Assembly: GCA_037142195.1 (NCBI GenBank)
Contig: JBAXBA010000096.1
Span: forward strand, 1-12,778
Direction: 5' to 3'
DNA length: 12,778 nt
Source of the DNA: Pseudomonadota bacterium
Lineage (GTDB): Bacteria; Bdellovibrionota_B; Oligoflexia; Oligoflexales; CAIMVM01
Shown here: one piece after another, positions 1 through 8,074 of the stretch
Layout of the letters: the number at the start of each line of letters is the position of its first letter
How positions within the stretch are numbered: the stretch's first letter is position 1
Position numbers and translations under genes: made by a program
Notes under the pieces: generated by a model
Seen by the model: the letters and a program-made list of their open reading frames with translations, nothing else
What the model was told of the DNA's origin: nothing
Database searches by the model: none

Positions 1-361
1 TGGTCAGCGCAGGGTTCCCACTTTTGGCAACTTGATTTAGATAAGACAGCCGTGGTGTGACTTTTAGATATTGACTCATTTTTTCCATAAATGATTTGAT
101 AGAAATAGACTCCCTAACCAATGACTTCGATTCCAATTGGATGTCAAGTTGGCGTCTTGTGATGTCTTTTGGGCGGGCTGCCTCTTTCAGCTTGAGAATC
201 CTCTTTTGCCTCGGACAGCCAAAAGGCCAGGCACGCAAATGACGTGGTTTTTTACAAACAGATTTTTGTATTGTTTTTTTGGCGGTTTTATTATTAAAAT
301 CTCCAACAGATGAAGCTACACCTAAACTCAAAAATAGCGCGGATAGTAGATCTGATAACAT
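1..361 (-). CDS. Hypothetical, possibly exported protein; partial (3' end beyond left edge)
   Basis: Manual translation: ATG at 361, then 120 codons with no stop to the window edge (MLSDLLSALFLSLGVASSVGDFNNKTAKK...GNPALT). GAAAGGA lies upstream and the N-terminus is hydrophobic. Absent from the ORF track because there is no stop in the window. Confidence 0.6.
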   Translation of the reverse strand, partial: MLSDLLSALFLSLGVASSVGDFNNKTAKKTIQKSVCKKPRHLRAWPFGCPRQKRILKLKEAARPKDITRRQLDIQLESKSLVRESISIKSFMEKMSQYLKVTPRLSYLNQVAKSGNPALT

Positions 362-1390
362 TTTAATAGAGATTCCTTTCAATTTAGCCAGTTTGTATTG
401 ATCAATCCAATTAAGGGCAATGCTTTACCTCTCAAATGGATTGAATATTTAAAAACATCATTGAGTTTAAATAGCCAAATTAAGTCGTGTTCGTTCATCG
501 AACGTGTGATTTATATTCATCGCACCAAAAGCCTGTCAAGTGCCGACTTCATCAAATTTATTAGGCTTAAATGCCTCATAAAAACAGAGCCATAGGCCCT
601 GCCAAAAGACGACAAAAAGAGTCTTTAAGTGTTTTCTTGCTATTTCACGCTTTTTTTTCCGGTTCTTTAGGTTGTTGTTTGCGCTGGCTAAATCGGGAAG
701 GATACTCAACAAGGAGATTAGGTGCGTGATTAGGACGTAAGCTCTGCTGCCAAAGAATTTACAAATAAGCAAAAAATCTGCCGAATCTGGTGCGACTATA
801 GATTCGATAATAATCTACTGATAAAGCTATATATGATTACTCAAATAGACTTTGGGTTTAGAGATGTCTAGATGCCCCAGGACCATTCATTTGAAAAAAA
901 GCTAAAAAAGATGCTGAGTATTAATAGGCAACTTGTGGGTCGCTATTTCATATAACTTATGGCCTTTATTTGTTGAGCCATTGGCTTGTCAAAAAGAGCG
1001 TGACATCAAATTTATGATGTTCCCATAATCGATAGAGAAGAACCACATGTGCCGCCTAAGGCTTAATAAAGTAAAAATCCCTCGATTTTTCCAAAGAACC
1101 TCGCCTTTTATACTTGTTCATGATTTGCCCGAGTCAGTTCTGCTCCATCTTTAAGCCTACAGCATAGACCATGGACATCATGGCATCTCAAAAAAATGGG
1201 CCCGCCTTCAAGTAAGATAGCATTTGTCCTATCTCCTTTAGAAAACTTAGGAGTAAATTTGTTAGGTTAGAGGTAGCCTATGGAAGAATCTTTGTAATGT
1301 CTATTGTGGGAAGTTTAAGACTTATCTACACTCCATGCGCGTCACTTGGTAACTGCAAGCGCTTGTATCTTTTAAGAAGGGGTCAATACT

Positions 1391-2848
1391 ATGAGTCTGT
1401 GAAGAAATGATCCATGTTTATGCGGAAGTGGTGTGAAGTATAAAAAATGCTGCTTGATGAAAACCCAATCACTTTCGTTGGAAGATCTTAGCTACCGCAG
1501 GCTTCGAGAAACCGAAAAAAAGTTAATCGGGCAGCTTTTTCGGCATGCTTCTGAAGTCTTTGGTCCGAGTGCTATCAAGGAAGCTTGGGATGAGTTTCAT
1601 TGTTGGCAATACTCTGAAGGTTATGATTTGGGGAACCCGATTAGCCAAATTTTTGGGCCATTTTTTTTGTTTAGCTGGCAGATGGATCCAGAAGATACAG
1701 ATTGTGATTTAAAGCTAGAAGGTAAGACCATAGCGGAGTCTTTTCTTGAAACTCGGAGGTCGAAACTTTCTAGTGACGAAATTAAGATTTTGTAATCAGC
1801 GAATCGTACGGCATTTTCTTTCTATGAGGTTACCGACGTTACACCAGATTTTGGATTTACATTAAGAAATGTAATGACGGAACATATTTATGAAGTTATC
1901 GAAAGATCTGGATCCCAAGGGGCGAAGCGCGGGGACTTTCTTTTTGGGGCCATTTTTCAGTTTGAGGGAAGATTTCAGATTCTCGCCATGTCGCCCTATA
2001 TGCTCCCCCCCCTTTCGATGGGTTCTTTGATCGAATTAAGGAAAAGGATGCTCAGAGGTCTCAAGGCCAAATCACTGACAGACGTTGATTTGTCCGAGTA
2101 TGACATCGAGTTGAGGCAGATTTATTTTAAATTGCTCGATACCCTTTTGAATCCAAAAATGCCAGAGATAACCAATACAGACGGTGATCCGATGGTGCCG
2201 CAAACTCTCCATTTTGAAATTGATGATCCTCAGGTGGCTTTTGAATCACTCAAGTCTCTAGCATTAGGAGTTGTCAATGATCAAGGACTTACAAGGGATG
2301 CCAAATTTAAAGATGGACGAGTGGTTGAAGTCGAAATTCCCTCGTTTAAAGAGAATGCTTCCAATCCGAATTCCGGATCCAATACAGTTCTGGGAAGAGT
2401 TAAAATTGTAGGCTCGAAGCTAACTGCAAATGTAAATTCCGACCGCCGCGCAGCTGTCATTAAAAAGAAAATTTTGTCTGAGCTTGGCGATCAAGTGCGA
2501 TTCAAGACAACTTTAATTGAAACCATTGAAGGTAATTTGGGGGCAGCGTCTTCTCAGAAGGGCGGTAAGTCTCAATCTATATCCCTTGATCAGCTCCCTC
2601 CCGAGGCCCTAGAATCCGTAAAGAAAATGGCTGAGGCGCACTGGGAAAAGTGGTTTGACGAAAAAATTCCGGCTTTGAATCACAAAACCCCAAAACAGGC
2701 GGCAAAGAGCAAAGAAGGTCGTGAACTCCTTGACGCACTCCTGAATTCCTACGAGCAGCATTCAGCGAATGATCATGAACGCGCTAACCTGTTCCAGCCT
2801 GACATTAGTAAACTTCGCGCCAAACTGGGATTACCATCCGATGTATGA
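1391..2848 (+). pseudogene. SEC-C zinc-binding motif protein with C-terminal Xre/MbcA/ParS-like (DUF2384-like) domain, interrupted by two in-frame stops
   Basis: ATG 1391 after AGAAGGGG reads MSL*RNDPCLCGSGVKYKKCC (SEC-C consensus GRNDPCPCGSGKKYKKCC; TGA at 1400-1402). ORFs 1433-1795 and 1874-2848 are in the same frame, separated only by TAA 1793-1795, after which SANRTAFSFYEVTDV continues. The C-terminus reads WFDEKIPALNHKTPKQAAKSKEGRELLDALL. Confidence 0.85.
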
Positions 2849-2993
2849 GATAACATGACTTTAAAGGCCAGAGATGGATTCCATTAAACTCCAAGTGGAG
2901 TTCAGCAGAATAGACATTTTGGACAATCATGGGCTGTAAGTAAGTAACGCCCTCAAATGACTATGTATTTTATTTATTTGGTCTATCATGTAC

Positions 2994-3036
2994 TATAATC
3001 CATTTTTAGGCGATGTATTTATGTGATATAATCCAT
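2994..3036 (+). promoter_or_regulatory. Promoter/operator of first ATPase gene
   Basis: TATAATCCAT occurs at 2994-3003 and 3027-3036 (33 bp apart). The second copy forms an extended -10, TGaTATAAT (3024-3032). Confidence 0.5.
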
Positions 3037-3051
3037 AAAAATGGGGTTAGC

Positions 3052-4299
3052 ATGGTAACAAGCGAACATTATTATGAAATACTTGACTACTCAAAGCGAA
3101 AATTACGGGAAGTGGAGCCATTTGCATCCCATCGGGAGCAATTGCTTCAGCCAGATTTCATGTCCGCCGACCATAGTTGCCTCATAGGGGAAAAAGGGGT
3201 TGGCAAAACTGTTTTGGCGTGTCAACGAGCGTTAATGGTGTGTGGCGGCCATCACGAAAAGATTTTGTATATGAGCCTAGACGATACCTTGTTTGCTGGT
3301 GATACGATGTATCAGCTAGCCAAGATGGGGCAGGATCGCGGCGTGGAGCTCATCATTTTTGACGAGGTTCATCGTTATCCTAATTGGAAGGTAGATCTAA
3401 AATCGATCGCAGACCGATTGACCGTTAAAACTATAACTTCTGGTAGTTCCATTCTCAGTTTTTCAAACTTAGGTGGTCTCTCTCGGCGAATGGTAAAATA
3501 TCAGCTGTTTGGTCTAAGCTTTCGCGAGTTTTTAAGGATGCATTACGGTGTTGCACATGCCGGACTGAAATTGACAGAAATCATTCATCCCGAGCGAAGT
3601 GCACTACGTGAAATCATGTCGGCTGTTACGAAATCCACCGGAAAGACCGTAGCCTTACTTTTCGACGAATATCTGCGAAGGGGCTACTATGCCTATAGTC
3701 TCAAATTTTCCAATTTAAAAGATTTTTTACAGACGTTAAGACAGTCTACAGAAGATACTATTGCCTATGAGATTGTCGTTGCTCAGACTCACTCAAGACC
3801 TGACATGGCACGGAAGCTGCAGTCATTGTTCAAAGCGATTGCGCAAAGCGTGCCCTATTCGGTGGACTATGAGGCATTGAAGCAAGTGGCCCAAATTGCG
3901 GATCTTAGAACTCTCAAGCACTATTTGTCATGCCTTCAAAAGGCCGGGATCATCTGCTCCGTGGATCGCAAATCCCTTAAAAATTTGCGGAAGCCAGAAA
4001 AATTATACCTTGGCAACACCTGCCTCTATTTTGCTTATGCTGATATTCATCCAAACATGGGGTCTCTGCGAGAAACCGCATTTCTTACGGCCATGCGCTT
4101 GGCTGATATCGATGTTTTGGTGCACTCGCGACAAGCAGATTTTTCGGTCGGTACACTGGGATTTGAGATTGGTGGCCCAAATAAGAGCAAAGAGCAAATT
4201 AGGGGCGAAAGTCAGTCCTTTATCGTGAAAGATGAGTCAGATTTGTCCGAAGATCCCCGAGTACTTCCGTTGTGGATTTTTGGTTTTTTAGTTGGATAA
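3052..4299 (+). CDS. AAA_14 / DUF4143-type ATP-binding protein
   Basis: Walker A GEKGVGKT, Walker B IIFDEVH, TSGSS, LSRR, YLRRGYY, KPEKLYLGNT, and C-terminal DF...FEIGGPNK. Start 3052 is preferred over 3013 because of a GGGGT RBS-like sequence and a -10 box at 3027-3032. Confidence 0.88.
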   Translation: MVTSEHYYEILDYSKRKLREVEPFASHREQLLQPDFMSADHSCLIGEKGVGKTVLACQRALMVCGGHHEKILYMSLDDTLFAGDTMYQLAKMGQDRGVELIIFDEVHRYPNWKVDLKSIADRLTVKTITSGSSILSFSNLGGLSRRMVKYQLFGLSFREFLRMHYGVAHAGLKLTEIIHPERSALREIMSAVTKSTGKTVALLFDEYLRRGYYAYSLKFSNLKDFLQTLRQSTEDTIAYEIVVAQTHSRPDMARKLQSLFKAIAQSVPYSVDYEALKQVAQIADLRTLKHYLSCLQKAGIICSVDRKSLKNLRKPEKLYLGNTCLYFAYADIHPNMGSLRETAFLTAMRLADIDVLVHSRQADFSVGTLGFEIGGPNKSKEQIRGESQSFIVKDESDLSEDPRVLPLWIFGFLVG

Positions 4300-4511
4300 G
4301 GCCTGTTAGTCATCAGAGGACAACTACTTGTGAATTTATAATTCCAGACTGTTAAGCACCACGACATATAATTGATGGATTGAAAAACACCTGTGGCGCT
4401 TGTGGAATGGAATTGTGATTTTCTGACCGGCATTAGGACCAAAGGCAGTCCTTCCCAAAACGGATGGAGAAGACAGATAAAATTGCGCCCATGGTTATCA
4501 GGAAATTTGAA

Positions 4512-5039
4512 TCACTGCTGTGATTCCTTTTGAATCCATCGCAGAATCCGTTTCTTTAGATTCTCGTCAATGGGTGTTTCTTCAATACGAGCCTTCAAAA
4601 TCTCGACGTTAACGAGATGTTCGGAGATGAGAAGAGCGACAAACTGTGTGTCTTTGGGGCGGAATGCGGCCAATTTTGAGGCGGCCAGGTCGTGTGCTTC
4701 AATGCAGTAGCCTGTCTTGTATCTGGTGTTCTGGTTTTGGACTCGCAGCCATCTCTCCTGCCAGCCTTTGGGGAGCTTGGCGCAGGCGATGTCAACGCCG
4801 TGGACATAGAAGCCGTGTGTCTCGTGAAACTGTGACATTTCACCCAGACATCCGTCGATTTCATCTACTTTCTCGGGATGATTTTTTGGCATTACGTCGG
4901 CCTCGGCGGACATGAGCAAATCCGCATGGGCGAAAGGAAACTGCCCAAGGATCGCTTGAGAACCAAAAATTATCACCTCATTGTCGCCCGATACGTCACA
5001 AGCCGCTCGAATGGCGTGTTCAAGTTCACTTCGCTTCAT
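4512..5039 (-). CDS. DUF6036-family nucleotidyltransferase (putative toxin)
   Basis: MKRSELEHAIRAACDV..IIFGSQAILG..SAEADV..FHETHGFYVHGV..LPKGWQER..HDLAASKLAAFRPKD has an NTase GS plus an ExD acidic pair and a distal K..A.R.KD motif. RBS GAGAGGA; overlaps the upstream gene by 14 nt. Confidence 0.85.
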   Translation of the reverse strand: MKRSELEHAIRAACDVSGDNEVIIFGSQAILGQFPFAHADLLMSAEADVMPKNHPEKVDEIDGCLGEMSQFHETHGFYVHGVDIACAKLPKGWQERWLRVQNQNTRYKTGYCIEAHDLAASKLAAFRPKDTQFVALLISEHLVNVEILKARIEETPIDENLKKRILRWIQKESQQ

Positions 5040-6024
5040 CCTTGCTTTCCTCTCGATTTTGGTTGGATTCTCGTAACTGCTTGCGCAACTCTTCCGTGAT
5101 TGATCCTACAAAAGGCAGCGACTGTCGGAGTCGGGTGGCGTGTTCTCCTGGGTCTCTCAGAAGGCGCATGATGTTGACCGTTGAGCGGCTTGCCAGAATT
5201 CGCTCCCACTCCCGCAGCGTGCGCTGTTCGTTTGGGGAGGCTTCTTTCATTCTGCGTCCAATAAATTCTCGGGCTTTGCTGATGAGTGAAGAGTCTTTGT
5301 TGATCTCTTCTGCAAGAAGTTCTCCCAATCGCAGATTTCTTTGGTCGACTTTCTCGTGGCTCAGCGGCAATCCTCGTTTTCTGGTTGGGGAATTTTGGTT
5401 GACAAAGGCCTCGGGTGGAGAGCCAAAAAGCAATCGAATTTTCGTGAACCGCTCGGGATCATCCTCGGCCATGGGCTCGAGATCGGCCTCTGTGAGGAAC
5501 ATGAAGTCGATGGGAACATCGCAACTCCGCTCAATCTCCCCAATCAACGGTTCGAGAATATCATTGAGGTCTCGTTGGTGTTTTACGGAGGATAGAATCC
5601 CAATGCGGATAGGGTCGCCGGGTATGTCGTTGCCAATGACAGTAGATCCTTCCATCCAGGCCGAGATGGGGGGATTCTCGAGTTGGGCGAAGACTTTCTG
5701 AAGGGAAGCTTCTAGGCGGATTTTCCATTCAGACTCGGCTTCAAAGAGCGCTTTCAGGGCTCCGAACAGCGGGTGCGAATCTCGCAAGCGAAAGAGGCGG
5801 GAGCGGTCGATTCCGAGAGGAATGACGATACCTAGTTCGATGAGCCCCTCAAGAACCTTTGAGATTCCGGTGTGGGAAAGACCTGCTGAAGACGCCAAGG
5901 ATGGCTGTGAACAAGGTTCGCTGGCTCTGAAGAGGAAGCGCAGAACTCGGACGTTGGCCTCAGCTCCAAGGACTAGGTTCAGTGGGGCTTGCAAAAATCC
6001 TTGCTTCTTGGCTATCGGCCTCAT
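5026..6024 (-). CDS. Winged-HTH + degenerate MNT-like nucleotidyltransferase + C-terminal helical domain (putative antitoxin/regulator)
   Basis: N-terminal wHTH (VRVLRFL..SQPSLASSAGLSHTGISKVLEGLIELGIV), middle SAWMEGSTVIGNDIPGDPIRI, C-terminal LREWERIL..ATRLRQSLPFVG. Start is 6024 (after AAGGAATGAGGTG) or 6054. Confidence 0.78.
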   Translation of the reverse strand: MRPIAKKQGFLQAPLNLVLGAEANVRVLRFLFRASEPCSQPSLASSAGLSHTGISKVLEGLIELGIVIPLGIDRSRLFRLRDSHPLFGALKALFEAESEWKIRLEASLQKVFAQLENPPISAWMEGSTVIGNDIPGDPIRIGILSSVKHQRDLNDILEPLIGEIERSCDVPIDFMFLTEADLEPMAEDDPERFTKIRLLFGSPPEAFVNQNSPTRKRGLPLSHEKVDQRNLRLGELLAEEINKDSSLISKAREFIGRRMKEASPNEQRTLREWERILASRSTVNIMRLLRDPGEHATRLRQSLPFVGSITEELRKQLRESNQNREESKDEAK

Positions 6025-6060
6025 GTGCACCTCATTCCTTTCGCTCGAAACCATACATGT

Positions 6061-6130
6061 ACTCTATAAGCTAATTATACCAACTATAGAGTCAGAAAGC
6101 AAACTATTGTTTTCTTAATGCAACTATAGT
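6061..6130 (-). promoter_or_regulatory. Sigma70 promoter with operator repeats for the wHTH/DUF6036 operon
   Basis: Minus strand TTGCTT (6102-6097), 17 bp, TGgTATAAT (-10 at 6079-6074). CAACTATAG-like repeats at 6081, 6101 and 6121. Inverted pair ACTCTATA 6061-6068 / TATAGAGT 6085-6092. Confidence 0.75.
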
Positions 6131-6346
6131 GTGACTAAGAGCTTTATAGATTAGTTTCCTAAAATCTTCAAAAAAAATGCTATAACCATATACCGTCTTT
6201 TAGGGAGCTTCCATTTTAGGCGCTTTGGATTCTTTGCCTTCTTGAATGATGCAAGCTTTTTGGGGAATTTCTAAGTTCACAACAGTTCCATATAGAAGCT
6301 TTATCTGTCTGATTTTCTTGAGGCGAGACTTCCCTATCATCCTTTT

Positions 6347-6502
6347 AATTATCCAAGCTTTTTGTCGCCCGAAAAGCTCCGCATTCGTGATTCTCAGTAT
6401 GCTTCGCTAAAGAGCGTGAATACAGAATTAGTCGGGCTCTGTTGGGAGTTAGGTCGAATGATTGTAGAACGACAAGAGCGTGATGGTTGGGGGTCAGCTG
6501 TT
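6347..6502 (+). pseudogene. DUF1016 (YhcG-like) N-terminal remnant
   Basis: NYPSFLSPEKLRIRDSQYASLKSVNTELVGLCWELGRMIVERQERDGWGSAV matches the DUF1016_N pattern (I..AQ..A...VN.EL..LYW.IG..I...Q....WG..V). There is no ATG start, similarity stops after about 52 codons, and the PDDEXK domain is absent. Confidence 0.8.
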
Positions 6503-6531
6503 AGAGACAATTCGAGTGTGACCAAATTTGT

Positions 6532-6756
6532 TCAATTTAGATCAGTTATTGTCGGTTGGACCCACATTTTCACCAGAGGTTCAATGCCGAAAATCATAAG
6601 CGCCGCAAGTGTTGGAAGGTAACGCGCATCCAAGTCTTTTTCAAGGACACCCCCCTGTTCCAAGTCCATTTTAGTATAGCCTTCGTAGACTCCATCGAGG
6701 AGTGCGCCATTTAAATCTTTGAGTGTTGCTTTGCGTGATGGAATTTGAGCAAGAGT
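6532..6756 (-). pseudogene. Internal fragment of an AlbA_2(Schlafen)/RecG-C-like ATP-binding regulator
   Basis: Stop-to-stop frame reads ..SRKATLKDLNGALL..LEQGGVLEKD..YLPTLAALMIFGIEP.., resembling the AT..DL...L...G.L....PT.A.LL.FG..P segment of that family. No start precedes the homologous part. Confidence 0.5.
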
Positions 6757-6846
6757 TCAACCACTGCCCCACGGAAGCGTGGACTGTGGGCTACGCTCAT
6801 CGCGTAGAAGACAAACAAGCTCGTATCTGCGACATAGCCAGTAAAC

Positions 6847-6894
6847 TGTATCGTACTACAATTTACTCTATTGTATTTTGTAGTGTGATACAAT
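6847..6894 (+). promoter_or_regulatory. Inverted-repeat operator and extended -10 upstream of second ATPase
   Basis: TGTATCGTACTACAA (6847-6861) / TTGTAGTGTGATACA (6878-6892) are 13/15 complementary. TGaTACAAT lies at 6886-6894. Confidence 0.55.
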
Positions 6895-6931
6895 AAACTC
6901 GGGAGAGACGGTTTAGAGCGAAGGGCGAACC

Positions 6932-8074
6932 ATGAATCAATACTCCCTTAAAAACAGATATTTATTCAAAACTATTGATGAATTTATCAAGAAGAAAATG
7001 GTTTTCATCGGTGGTCCTCGGCAGGTTGGCAAGACGACGCTGTGCATACAGTTTCTCTCCCCTGCCAACGTCTCGAATCCAAACTACCTAAACTGGGACG
7101 ATCTGTCCGACAAGAGAGCCCTGCGAACGGGATTGCTTCCCGGAGGCTCGCTGGTTGTCCTGGACCAAATTCACAAATTCAAAAACTGGCGCAATCTGAT
7201 AAAGGGATTCTACGACAAGAAAAAAGACGTGCAAAAGTTTCTCGTTACGGGTTCAGCACGGCTCGATCATTACCGCCGCGGCGGTGATTCTTTGATGGGG
7301 CGCTATCGCTATCTCAGGCTTCATCCGCTTTCAGTGTCGGAACTCAGCATTGAATCGCAGTCGGGAGTCGAGCAGCTTCTCAAGTTTGGTGGTTTTCCGG
7401 AACCCTTCTTCTCCGCAAATGAGCGTGACTGGAAGCTCTGGACGCGCGAGCGCGTTTATCGCGTCGTTCATGATGATCTTAGAGATCTCGAAAGCGTGCG
7501 CGACATTTCAAGCGTTGAGCTTCTGGCCGAGTCGTTGGGAAGCCGGGTCGGATCGCCACTATCAGTGAATAATCTGGCAGAAGATCTTCAGGTGAATTTT
7601 CGTACAGCGGAATCATGGATTTCAATCTTGGAACGGATCTATTTCTGTTTTCGAATTGCACCCTATGGCTCTCCTAAAATCAAGGCGGTCAAGAAAGAGA
7701 AAAAACTCTTCTTGTGGGACTGGAGCACAGTTGAAGATTCGGGCGCAAAATTCGAAAACATGGTGGCTAGTCATCTCCTGAAGTATTGTCACTTTCTGGA
7801 GGACACTCAAGGCGAGGCGATGGAACTCAGATTCCTGCGTGATGTCGAGAGGCGCGAGATTGACTTCGTCGTATTAAAGAACAAGAAACCTCTATTCGCC
7901 GTGGAGTGCAAGACCGGAGAAAAAAGCGTGTCGCCTCATATCAGGTATTTCAAAAGTAGAACCTCTATCCCGCTTTTTTATCAGGTGCATCTTGGCAAGA
8001 ACTCCTACGAGCCTGAGACGGGAATCAAAATCATGCCCTTTATTGAATTCTGCAAAGACGCAGGACTCGTGTAG
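6932..8074 (+). CDS. AAA_14 + DUF4143 ATP-binding protein with C-terminal PD-(D/E)XK-like motif
   Basis: Walker A GPRQVGKT, Walker B position LVVLDQIHK, VTGSARL, SLMGR, GGFPEP, KKLFLWD, FENMV and REIDFV..AVECK. Confidence 0.92.
   Translation: MNQYSLKNRYLFKTIDEFIKKKMVFIGGPRQVGKTTLCIQFLSPANVSNPNYLNWDDLSDKRALRTGLLPGGSLVVLDQIHKFKNWRNLIKGFYDKKKDVQKFLVTGSARLDHYRRGGDSLMGRYRYLRLHPLSVSELSIESQSGVEQLLKFGGFPEPFFSANERDWKLWTRERVYRVVHDDLRDLESVRDISSVELLAESLGSRVGSPLSVNNLAEDLQVNFRTAESWISILERIYFCFRIAPYGSPKIKAVKKEKKLFLWDWSTVEDSGAKFENMVASHLLKYCHFLEDTQGEAMELRFLRDVERREIDFVVLKNKKPLFAVECKTGEKSVSPHIRYFKSRTSIPLFYQVHLGKNSYEPETGIKIMPFIEFCKDAGLV

Noticed and set aside
398..772. ORFs 398-595 and 536-772
   Set aside because: Short, TTG starts, no RBS or motifs, and they overlap each other.
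945..972. dif-like site (ATTTCATATAA resembles a XerD arm)
   Set aside because: No partner arm at the required 6-bp spacing.
1400..1402. Genetic code 25 (TGA=Gly), suggested by TGA at a conserved Gly
   Set aside because: Other genes end in TGA (2848, 4512, 9346, 12118), no other long gene has an internal TGA, and the second interruption is TAA.
5042..5701. 219-aa plus-strand ORF and other short ORFs overlapping real genes (3896, 4003, 4595, 4646, 4878, 5341, 5361, 5822, 7042-8217, 9965, 10571)
   Set aside because: Antisense or alternate-frame shadows of well-supported genes, with no motifs.
6711..6893. 60-aa minus-strand ORF
   Set aside because: It overlaps the operator and promoter of the ATPase gene, and the family-like signal lies in a different frame.
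6755..6920. Integron attC site starting at GTTCAAC
   Set aside because: No complementary GTTRRRY box at a suitable distance, genes lie in mixed orientations, and there is no integrase.
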